Shown: positions 53,785 through 64,000 of the stretch, piece after piece
How the letters are laid out: each line of letters starts with the position of its first letter
Numbering within the stretch: position 1 is the stretch's first letter
DNA from: Diplonema japonicum
Lineage: Eukaryota; Protista; Euglenozoa: Diplonemea
NCBI GenBank assembly: GCA_964019335.1
Contig: OZ025648.1
Span: 744,001-808,000, forward strand
DNA: 64,000 nucleotides
Direction of reading: 5' to 3'
Translations under genes and position numbers: made by a program
Notes under the pieces: generated by a model
What the model saw: only the letters and a program-made list of their open reading frames with translations
The model's database searches: none
What the model was told of the DNA's origin: nothing

Positions 53785-55599
53785 ATGGCAAACGTCTGCA
53801 AGGCGGCGTACGGAAAATGCAGATCTTTCGCCCAAGCATTGGCGGTCCACAACCATTTTATACACCGGGGGAGCCACGGGATAGAGGAGAACGCCCTGGG
53901 GCTGTTCTCTAAGATTGAAGGAAGAAAGGACGCGGAAGCCGCCATAGAGAACGTCTACCTGCCCATCGGCCAACGAGAAATAACCTATGTGAAAGAAAAA
54001 ATGAAGGAAAACGGCTGCGGGGAGAATGACATCTCAGAAGTGGCCTCGAGAATGAAAAGAATAACACAGCAAAGCTTGAAAATCAACAACGGAACCATCC
54101 ATCTCCCGGAAGGTGAGAAGGGAGTCGCCTTACAAGCCGTGGCCAAGCTACTGTTCAATCCCTCAAACGACAGGCTCCTCAACCTCTACAAATGCGACGC
54201 TGATGAAATCAGCAGATTCTCTAAAACACCTTCTGTCTCCCTGTGCGCGGACTTCCGTGAGAAAGTCCACAGGATCAAGGCTGGAATTCTAGTCGCCGAG
54301 AGAAGCAACACCTCTATTATGAAGGCAACAACAGCATTCCACACGGAGCCCCCTCTTCCAGAAGAGACGCGAACGGATAAAAACCACCCCAACAACAACG
54401 TAATCCCCCCCGATTTTTCATTATGTTCCACAAGACAGGAATTGCAGCTAAACAAACTGCCTGTTTTAACGCTTAACGAGACAGCCTTGGAGGGGTACCT
54501 AGCCAGCTTGACGTGGCTACCAAACGGCCCGCCGAAAATATCTGAAGAACATCCAAGCCTCGCGGGAGAATTATCCCAATGGATGGAAACCTACACATGC
54601 TCCCCTAAGGTGTTGAAGGCGGCCGCTACGCTGGCGTCGATCGCGGGCAACGAGGAACCTCGTTTCACAAATGACATTCTGAAACTAATTCAGAAGCACA
54701 TGATATACGTGCAGCATGATGTGCAGCTGCTGTGCTTGACGTGTTGCCTCTACGAACACACGGACGGAGGACAGCCTGCGAGATCTGCAGCAGTCTTGAA
54801 AGGTGTATCACGTGTTTACAATATGAAATCAGGCGTTTCGTTCAAATACGCGCTTCTGGCCTTGGAGAGCGGGTGCCGTCAAGGCATCGCGCGCAGCACA
54901 GTCCTTTCAAACTTCATCCGTGTACTATGTAAAACAAACTACAACGCCCCCAAAGCGTCGCGGTTGTGCGTTGTTGCTGCGTCATTATGCCCGGAAGTCT
55001 TGGGTGACACTTTGGTGCAGCTTGCAAAATGTGTCAAATGGTGCGAGAAACCTATTATCCACCCTACCTCAGCCATCAATGCGCTGCGTGCTGTTGCAAC
55101 TGTTCCAAAGCATCTTCGGGATGATAAAACCCTGGCTGCCATGGTGATGGTGAATAAAACCGTGGCGGCCGACACCCCTGTGTGGGTGCGGAGGGGGAGC
55201 ATCGCGCCCCGTGATGCTGTTGATGTGGTCTACCACACTGTGGCAAGCGGGTATCGTCTTATGCCCTCTGCTGTGTTTGAATCCTTGATTGTATATGCGT
55301 CCGATCACCCAGACAGCACAGTGCCCGAGCTTATCCGGCTTGTCCGCGCCCTTGCTACTGCGCAGGTCACATTTTCTTTGTCCAAGGTGGTTGCTCGGCT
55401 GGTTAAGGATGCGAGGCGTGCGCCTCTTTCTGCTCGTCAGGTCGACGCGCTTGTGGGGCGCCTTGCGAAGACTGGTCTAGGTGTGCCGCACGAACTCTTG
55501 TTGCAACTTCACACAAAAAGCGACATTGTGTGGGAACTGAAACCCAGGATGAACCTCCGGAGCTATGGGGAGTCCTCTCAAAGCTTTTTGCGAATCTGA
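53785..55599 (+). CDS. Uncharacterised, probably alpha-helical protein (604 aa)
   Basis: Long intronless ORF with coding-like composition, starting at ATG 53785 after an A-rich leader. No family recognised. Confidence 0.78.
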   Translation: MANVCKAAYGKCRSFAQALAVHNHFIHRGSHGIEENALGLFSKIEGRKDAEAAIENVYLPIGQREITYVKEKMKENGCGENDISEVASRMKRITQQSLKINNGTIHLPEGEKGVALQAVAKLLFNPSNDRLLNLYKCDADEISRFSKTPSVSLCADFREKVHRIKAGILVAERSNTSIMKATTAFHTEPPLPEETRTDKNHPNNNVIPPDFSLCSTRQELQLNKLPVLTLNETALEGYLASLTWLPNGPPKISEEHPSLAGELSQWMETYTCSPKVLKAAATLASIAGNEEPRFTNDILKLIQKHMIYVQHDVQLLCLTCCLYEHTDGGQPARSAAVLKGVSRVYNMKSGVSFKYALLALESGCRQGIARSTVLSNFIRVLCKTNYNAPKASRLCVVAASLCPEVLGDTLVQLAKCVKWCEKPIIHPTSAINALRAVATVPKHLRDDKTLAAMVMVNKTVAADTPVWVRRGSIAPRDAVDVVYHTVASGYRLMPSAVFESLIVYASDHPDSTVPELIRLVRALATAQVTFSLSKVVARLVKDARRAPLSARQVDALVGRLAKTGLGVPHELLLQLHTKSDIVWELKPRMNLRSYGESSQSFLRI

Positions 55600-55772
55600 A
55601 ACAAGAAAAAAAAAAAAGAAAAAAAAAACTGCTGCTGCAGTTCCGAGCTTCTTATATTGTATTTTGCTTTTAAAAAAAAAAAAAAAACCGAATGAAAAAA
55701 ACTGACAAAAAAAAAGGTGGGAAGGAGAACGGAGGGGGGTCTTTTTTTTTAAAAAAAGAGGAAAAAAAGAAA

Positions 55773-56971
55773 ATGGAGCCTTTTAAAGACCCGTTCGAGG
55801 TGGTCCTTGAAGACGGAGCCTCCACATCGCTCGCCCCGCAGCCTGGGTACCGGTTGAAGCTTACTTACGTGGCTTTGCAAAACGGAGACGAGGCATGGGT
55901 GATGGTGGATGGGAAGCCGCTGGCGCTTGTGAGAACCGAAGGGCACGGCGTGGTGCTGTCGATTGTACTGGAAAAGAGTGCGACAATCTCCGTGAGAGGC
56001 GGGAAGGTGGTGGTGTTCATGTACTGGGAGCTATACAACAGCAGCGCACTGTATGCTGATTATGGTATGATTACAAAAAAAAAAAAAAAAAAAGAGAAAA
56101 AAAAATAACAACAGAATCAAGCGACAGTGAAGACCTCCCCACAATTGGTGACAAGAAATTTCATTGGAACGGCATCCCGGACTTCCAGGGAAAACTCCAA
56201 AGCGAACCAGAACCACCGCTGCTGGTTGCTGCAGAGGACGCTGTGGAACCCCCTGCTCGGGCAGTGGGCATGGACGTGACACCTCCAAGAATGTTTGCTT
56301 TAGTACCCTCGTCATCCCCCGAGGTATATTCCCTTCGGAGAAAAAAAAAAAAAATTCCCCAGAGAAGCGCGTCTCGATCTGAAGACGAAGGAGGTTACTT
56401 TGTAAAGATTCCATCTCAATCTTCCCCCACGCTGCCGACCGTTCCGAGAAAGGTGTTTGCTGTTGTGCAGGAAACGAGCGTTAAAAAGGAAGCACCTGTT
56501 GTTTCATCATCTGTACCCCCCTCGCCTTCACCTGTTGTTCTCGCTGCGGCACCGGTGCTGCCGAAAGAAACTGAAATGGTGTTCCCCACCCCGCAGCATG
56601 GCAGGGCAGTGCCGAAAGGTGTTTTAAAACGGCGGTCAAGGTTGCTGCGGGTGTCGAAGTCACCTCGGATGTCCCCCAAATCCTCACCTACATCCACCCC
56701 GAAGAAACGGAAGGTAATCTTCAACCCTAGATCTCCAGACATCCGGTTTATCTCGCCACCTCTCAGTTCCATCCACAAGGCCTTCTCAGGGGGTCTGCTT
56801 GATCTCGGTGTGCCATTGCTCACCGACCTCAAGCACGCGATTCCCGACCAGCCGGTTCAGCAGGAAAACATCTCTTCGCCCAACCAAACATCCGGCCGGA
56901 AACCCATCCACATCCCCCACCTGCAACCTGTGGTCACCCCAAAGGCACTACGTCCGACCGTGATCGAATGA
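55773..56971 (+). CDS. Nucleoplasmin-like N-terminal domain protein with S/P/basic tail and PP1-docking-like motifs; introns 56065-56114 and probably 56324-56362
   Basis: Beta-rich LKLTYVAL..PLALVR..VVLSIVL..ISVRGGKVVVFMY followed by acidic ESSDSED. The intron joins ORFs 55692 and 56243 in frame. Confidence 0.68.
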
Positions 56972-57351
56972 AAGACTTTTTTTTTTTTTTCTCTTTTTTT
57001 CTTTCTTAAATTTTTTTTAAAAAAAAGCTTCTCTTCTCCTCCCTTTTCAAGTTGTCTTGTTTATCTGAAATTTTCCTTGAAGTAGAAAGAAGTGTTTTTT
57101 TTTTTTTTTTCTTTTTTTTTTTCCGCAAAAAAAAAGAGGGAAAAAAAAGGGGAAGGGGGGAGAAAAAAAAAAAGAGGAAATCAGTATTTTTCTTTTCTTT
57201 TCTTTTTTTTTTTGTCAGCTTTTTTTTTTTTACTGGTTTTCTTTTTTTTTTTTTCGTATCGCACTAGATTTTCGTATCAGGTGTTGGGGGGAGGGGGAGA
57301 AGAAAAACGAAAAGCGGAAAGAAGGAAAAGAAAAGAGAATAAAGTGCTAAA

Positions 57352-58457
57352 ATGCACCCCAACCTCGTCACGATGTATGAAGGGTTCAAAAGGTACGACC
57401 AAGGGGGCACAGGCACTGTACGAGATGAAGTATTTCTCCGGCAAGTGAGGGATGCCAGTGGGGAAGTTCCTTCAGTCGAAACGCTTCTGCCGCAGTTTAG
57501 GTCGAAGGTATACCCAGGAAGGGTGGACTACTTGGGTTTTATAGAACACTTGAATGTGCTGGTTTCCAAGCAAGTCACGCAGCTTAAAGAGCAGTCCACT
57601 CTCCCCAGCGGCAGGGCAACACCAATGACGCCGACAAACTTCGTAGAACTACCACCTGAGAACCCTGTGGAGCACCAGCTGCAGACGCAGATCCTTCTTC
57701 ACCAACGGCAGCAGCATACACCGCCGAAACGTTATGCCCTTCCTGTTTCACAGCGGCGGCAGCGATCCCCCTCCACTCCGCAGCAGCAATACCAACCACA
57801 ACATCAAAACAAGCAACCACAGCACCATGCCCAGGACAGCCGTGAGGTGTGCCACCGCAACATTATATCATTCTAACTTACAACAACACAGTACCAGACA
57901 CAGAGGGAACGGGGTTTTCTTGAACCCGCAGAGGATGAGCGGCCGTCTGTCATTCCTATGAAGGTGCGGAGTGAGCAGCCACAGACCAGCATCAGCACAC
58001 AGCCCTTACCCGTGAAAGTGAAGGAGCCGCAGTTGTCGATGGGAAGTTCACATCCCTTGATGCAGAGCAGGCAAGATGTTGAAGCACCGCAACCTCAGCT
58101 GCAAGTGCACAGTGTCCCGTACGGCGCACAGGCTACTTCACATGCCAACACCAACCAGCAGGACGAGGATCGCACTCCCACCCGCTCCCTGCCTGCGCAA
58201 GAAGATGATCTGCCCATCAAAGCCCTTTTCAACCACCTTGATGCGTATGCACCCTTAACCATCACGACATAACAACAGCGACGGCGACGGAGTCGTTACC
58301 TACGACGAGCTGTACAATGCACTGAAGTCACGTGGCGTGGCACCTAAAGAAGATGAGTACGATGCAGCCTTCGAGCAGGTGGACAAGACTGCAGCAGGGT
58401 TTTTGAACTATCAGCAGTTTAACGGGCTGTTAAAAATGTTAGTGCCAGAAGAAGACG

Positions 58458-58491
<34 letters not shown>

Positions 58492-58566
58492 GCAGCAGCA
58501 ACAACATCAACAACAACAACAGCAGCAGCAGCAGCAACAACATCAACAACAACAACAGCAGCAGCA

Positions 58567-58598
<32 letters not shown>

Positions 58599-59845
58599 AG
58601 CAGCAGCAACAACAGCAGCAGCAACAGCTTCGGGTGCAGCAACAACAACAGCTGCAGCAATTGCAAGAACAAATTGATCAGCAACAGCAACTGAAACAAC
58701 AGCAATGGCAACTCCATCAGGAACAAAAGAGGCAACAGCAGTTACATCAACAACAACAACAGCAGCAGCAGCATCAACAGCAGCAGCAGCAGCAACAACA
58801 GCAGCAGCAGCATCAAAAAAAGCTGCAATCGTCACCGCCCCCTCGCCAGCCATCTCCGGGGCGTCCCAGCACACCTACGAAACGCGCTGAAGGCCTGTAC
58901 CCCCAGACAGGGAGGGCAGGCGAGGTCAACAAAATTATTAGCAAGCTGATGCCGTACTCTGGGAGGATCCTGCAGTTGTGCAACCTACAAGACCACACGA
59001 GGTGCGGGTACATCGCGCTGTCGAAGCTTCAGGAGCTGATGGGACAGTGCGGTGTGACCTTCACACATCCTCAGGTGCTGCTCGTAATGGGTGACAGGGT
59101 GAGCCGTAGCGAACCTGATCCGACAATCGACTACATTGACCTCATCAGTGTTATCATGACGCATGAAGCGGGGTGTTCTGCTGTGCCTGCTGTTGCTGTG
59201 CCTGCCAAGGCATCGTCGAGATCACCGTCGTTGGTGTTGTCGCCTTCCCCTACACCTGCACAGGACAGGACGCCACCTAGTCAGGTGAGAACACGGTCAA
59301 GGTCAGTGAACAGGGCGAGGAGCGTGGCAACCCGAGTGCGGTCTCCCTCACCAGCGATGATGCAGGCGAGCGTGAGCGACAGAACACAAGACGTGAGAAC
59401 AGTGCGGACTGCGATGAAGAAGCTGCTCGGTGGGGAAGCAGCCGTGAAGGTACATGCCGCGCTGGAGGACATGGTGAAGAAGGGGTCGAAATCTGCCCCT
59501 ATGGGTTACATGCGATCACAAGACTTCAGCAGAGCCCTTGCAGGACTCTACAAAGCGAAAGGACAGGACCCTATACGCAGTGTCATCAGCCAGGCCATAA
59601 AGGTCGGCAAAGTCCCCTTCTCTGTCATTGACACCCCCTCAAAATTTGAGGCGGCTGCCGCAGCCGCCGCTCAGTCTATCGCCCGTTCCTCTTCTTGCCA
59701 GCTGGTCGACTACCGTTACTTCCTAGCAGAGACTCGCTTGCAGCCCTCGTCTCCGTCAAGACGCACCCAACCACGCCTTTCTACTGTGGATGGGTATCGT
59801 GGTTTTCTCTCATCGCAGTTGAAGCCCTCTGTCCCGATGCCTTGA
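57352..59845 (+). CDS. Multi-EF-hand, polyglutamine protein; introns 57847-57891, 58245-58278
   Basis: Splicing the 34-nt intron creates the canonical EF loop DADGDGVVTYDE. Other EF-like loops are YDQGGTGTV, VDKTAAGFLNY and QDHTRCGYI. Confidence 0.85.
58460..58816 (+). repeat. CAG/CAA polyglutamine-coding tract
   Basis: ~120 codons dominated by CAG/CAA. Confidence 0.95.
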
Positions 59846-60065
59846 GCCTCATGCTGCAATAGAGCGAACCGATAGTTTTAACTGTCGAGAATACGGGCTT
59901 TTGGAGAAAGCCTAGAAGAGAAAAGAAAAAAAAAATCGGAGTAATTATTTAGACAATTTTCACCTTTCTCCCGTAGATTCTTAACTAGATGTTTATAGAT
60001 TCCCCCATACTTTTTTTGTATCGGTTTTCCGCCCAACACACCATCACTCAGAGGGGCTAGGTGTC

Positions 60066-62703
60066 ATGGATGCTGGCTCTGAAACTGTTGCCAATGTGGT
60101 GGGGGAGATGGCAGGAAAGAAGGGGTTGCGGCATGCGTTCGACACGGTGATGACTGGGATGCTGTCGGTGTGCGACAGGCAGGAACTGCACGCTGTGGTA
60201 TTGCAGTGGGCAGAGGAAAACGCAGTGCTTGCCCTCCCTCCTTTGGACGGGTCGGAGGGGTCAAGCACACATGACTACTACGAGTCGAGAAGCACCAGCT
60301 CTGACGAAGACAAGAAGAGGCAACAAACAAACAACAACAACAATTTCAAGAGTAACAGGATGGCCCTGATGCCCGTGTCGAAGCCTCAGCCAGCACAGCC
60401 TGTGAAGAAAGTACCTATGAAGCCGACACCGAAGACCCCGAACAGACGCCACCCTGCCCCCCGCTGCCCCCCATGGCTTGCCCATGCGGGGCTCCCCACC
60501 GACGGGTCCATCCCCTCTTCAAGTGAGATCACTGCGTTTGCGAACTTCGTGGGTGCAACTAACAGCGAGGTCTCGGCTAGGTCGTCAATGAGGATGTCGT
60601 TGCAGAAGCTTGTGCAACTTCTGGTGTGTCAGGAAGCTATCTTGAAAGTCATCGGTGGCTGGGCCTCCGGGTTGGCCACCTTCACCAGCACCCTCGACCT
60701 TGTTGTCGAAGCTCCCACCGAGACCAGCATTCTGGATCAGATCTCAACAGCCCTTCGTGACCTTGGCGTCCTGTCGGAGTTTAAGATGGTGAGCGGCTTC
60801 TCTGCGCTCCGTCTCTCGAGTGACGCGTTGGCCAGCGCCGTCTGGGGGCAGCAGCAGGTCCTGTCCCACACAAGCCGTCAGGTTCAGCAAGGCTTCGACG
60901 TGCTCATCTTCTCTGAATGCCCCGGTTCCACAGGGCCTTTCAATTCCCGCAGTGCTACCACCAGAATCTCCTCTCGCCTGAACAAGTACCCTGGACATAA
61001 GAAGACCGCGATCGTCATCCGCTCCATTATCGAGAAGACGAACATCGGTGAGCAGCAGGGTGGCGTCAACGGCTTCCTCATCCTGCTCATGTTCGTGGCA
61101 TTCCTCGAAGAGCACAAAACGCATTCCGAGATAGCCGACTCCGGTTGGGTGCTGCGGCAGTTCTTCCAATTCTACTCGTCCTTCTCTTACAAGACGAGAA
61201 CCATTGTCCCCATTCCCTCTCCAGGCACCTCTGCCTTCATCCCTAAAGTGGACCCCCAGTCGCAGCTCTCTATCATGGACCCTCTAGGCACGTCAGGTCA
61301 GGGCTACACACCGTACAATGTCGCCGCAGGCGTCACAAAGTTGAACCAGCTGACCGGTACACTGCAGTACATCAACATGTTGATCCTGAGGTACGACAAG
61401 GACCCGCGTGGCACACCGCTCCTCCCCAATCTGGTGGCGTGCGGTGAGTCGCTGTGGAAGCGCCACGCGTGGTTGCGCAAAGGTCTTGAGGTTACGAAGC
61501 CCCTCGCCGTCAGCGTAGCGCAGTGCGTGGCAGACTTCCTCGAGAACCCCGCAAACTTGCAAGCAAAGGAGGAACTGGTGAAGATAGCAGCATGGGAACC
61601 CATGGACAACTCACTGACCACAAAATTACAGCTCATCACAAAGGTTGTCAACCAGCAGAACTCGCCGCTTGCACATTTCAGGGAGCACGTCCCGCAGCTA
61701 GTGGAGGCCTTGGCGCAGTACAAGGACGTCCCAGAGGTGCAGGAACACTACCGCCGCTCAGTGAAGACAAGCGTGACGAGGGAGTTCGTCATCACCATCA
61801 CAAGGGAGATCGCGGACTTCATCACAGACCCCGCCAACTGCAAGTACAAAGCAGAACTGATGACAGTGACATTGAAGGCCGTGGACGAGGAGACCGCGAA
61901 TGAACGTGTCACGTTACTACTGGAGAAGGTGGCAGAACGCCCTGGGTCAGTGCTGAAGGAATTCAGGCCTGTGATGAAATCGCTGCTGAATACAATAAGC
62001 GTATCGACCCTGTCGGGTGATGAGGAACTGGACAAGCAAAACTTCAGAATCTTGCAGCAGATGGTGACGCCTGAGATGGCCAGCAGGGTCGCAGCAGAAG
62101 CAGCGGACTTTCTGGAAGAGCTGGCGAAAAGTGATAAAAGAGATGAATTCATGAAACAACTTATTGGTAACGGTGAATGGAGCCCCCGGCAGAACTTCAC
62201 TGCATACATCAGAATCTTCAACCAGATGAAGATGAGAGGCGGGACATCTGTCCTGTCTGGTGTGTCACCTAGTGTTATCCCTGTATTGGCGAAGGTTTTG
62301 GACGAATTCAGCGACTACCCGGAGGTTAGGGAAAATCGAAGGCGTGCTGCTGCCGCTTCCTTCACGAAGGATCTTGCAGTAGCCATCAAGAAGGACACGT
62401 TGGCCTTCATTGCAAGGCCCGACAACGAGAGATTCGTCACACAGCTTAAAACCAGCCACAAGGATATCAATGAGGAGCTGTTGAGGGCACTGTGCAACGA
62501 GCCTGGCTCGAGGCTGTCTGATTTTAGAGGAGAGAAGGGGATGGAAGAGGTATATTGAGGAGGATAAAAAAAAAATTTTTTTTTTAAAAATAAATGCGCA
62601 GCTCAACTGCCTTCTTAAACCGTTCAATGACGATCCTGAACTTCTTGTTGCCAACCAGCAGATAGCTGAATCCGTATTTGCGAATTTACGGCTTGAGGAT
62701 TAG
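60066..62703 (+). CDS. Trf4/PAPD5-like nucleotidyltransferase-fold protein (degenerate active site) with four C-terminal helical repeats; intron 62550-62601
   Basis: EITAF.NFV, VIGGWASGLATFTSTLDLVV, GGVNGF..LM, GWVLRQFFQFY, LSIMDP..NVA. The intron completes the last repeat. The start codon is uncertain. Confidence 0.75.
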
Positions 62704-64000
62704 AATATGGTAGTGTTGGCATTTCTTTTCTTTTTTACCACAGTGAGCACCCCCATGCACACTGAAATTTTATCGAGTTTTTTTTTTTTTCTTCCTTTTT
62801 TTTCTTTTCTTTTTTTATTCCCTTGCTTTCGCAAGCTCCCAATGAAGAAGGAGGGAAAACAAAGAAGAAGAAGAAAAAAAAAAGGAAAAAAAAAAGACTC
62901 ATACACCTTATTCAAGAGATATGATGGGTGTGTGATCTTTTTCTTTTTTTTTTTTTTTTGGTCGATTTGTTTGATTCCCTCTTCCCCTTTTTCGTTAGAA
63001 ATCTTTTTTAAAAAAAAGAAATTGAAGAAATGTATACACAGGGGAGCACACCTTTATTTCTTCTTCTTTTCTTCTTCTTCTTCTCTTTCTTCCTCCTTAC
63101 TTCGCTTTTTTGTCACCTAGCATTCTTTTTAAAGACATTTTTTTTTTTTCTGTTACACTCATCCATCCATTCCCGAAGGAAAGGGAAAGGGGTATTTAAA
63201 AAAAGAAAAAAAAAGAAACTGAACTGGTGTGTGCTAGCAGTTGTGATGGAGAGGGAAAAAAAAAAGAAAAAAGGATTAGCTTCTTAATTTCCATTATTTA
63301 TTCTTTTTTACCCCCTTTTCCTCCCTCCTTCCCCCCTCACCCTGATCATTTTCCACGGTAGGAACCATAGTTTTTTGTCGTGGGCCATTGACGCTGTACA
63401 AAAAAAGGGTCTAAAAATCAATAGGCAGAGGGGAAGGAGGGAGAAAAAACAAATATATAAGCCCAGAGGAAAAAAAAGAAAGTAGCAAGCTCTCCCCGTA
63501 CACTTTAGAAATATTACTGGAGAGATTCCCCCCCCCCCCCCCCCCTTCTGTTTTTTCCACACCCCTCTTTTCTCCGCCTTTTCAAAAACCCTTTTTTTTA
63601 AAGCTATGTTTGTGAAAATTATGGTTACTGCTCTCCACCAAAAAAAAAAAGAAAGTTACGGGACAGCATCTTCTATTTATTTGAATTTATTTATTTTATT
63701 TTTTCTATTTTCCCCGTTTTTAACGGCGTACTGTGCTGCAGGGTTTTTTTTTTTTTTTTTTTTTTTATTGTTCCCTCAAGAGGGATCTACTCATGTGTTG
63801 CTAACTATGAAAACCCCCCAGAAATCTAGTAAAAAAAAAAAAAGAAATCTACGGATACTCCCATCATATGTTTTAGCGAATTTTTTTTTTCCCCTTCCCC
63901 TCCTCTTTCTTTTGCAGCGATCCATGAAAAAAAAAAGAAGCTTTTACAACAATCCTTTTATTTGCTCTCTCTCCCTCTCCCTTTCTCTCCTCTCTCTCTC

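Noticed and set aside
59989-60051. Possible upstream exon plus 34-nt intron extending the Trf4-like gene
   Set aside because: The splice phase from ATG 59989 does not match the 60066 frame.

Overview
Eukaryotic nuclear DNA with 16 predicted protein-coding genes, all on the + strand, separated by homopolymer-rich spacers. The unidirectional layout, candidate pyrimidine-AG acceptors upstream of genes, short cis-introns and protein styles suggest a polycistronic euglenozoan, possibly a diplonemid (inference only). I reconstructed 20 tiny GT-AG introns (34-69 nt) by hand, most filled with poly(A)/purines rather than a polypyrimidine tract. Splicing joins the ORF fragments at 41044-49281 into one ~2629-aa protein: duplicated [degenerate ART fold + R-S-E ADP-ribosyltransferase + ankyrin] modules fused to a 6-TM cyclic-nucleotide-binding-domain ion channel. 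This putative toxin-type ART 'chanzyme' is the top candidate novel system. Other highlights: a TatD-Mut7C-TUTase fusion; a Trf4-like pseudo-polymerase with four C10-like repeats; a 4x4610-bp tandem array of a secreted His/Cys-rich protein with a mosaic last copy; a 4xCAP/6xEGF-like membrane protein; a compact multi-hairpin RNA candidate at ~7082-7260; and palindromic non-autonomous element remnants at 34-39.4 kb. All family assignments come from motif recognition, not database searches.
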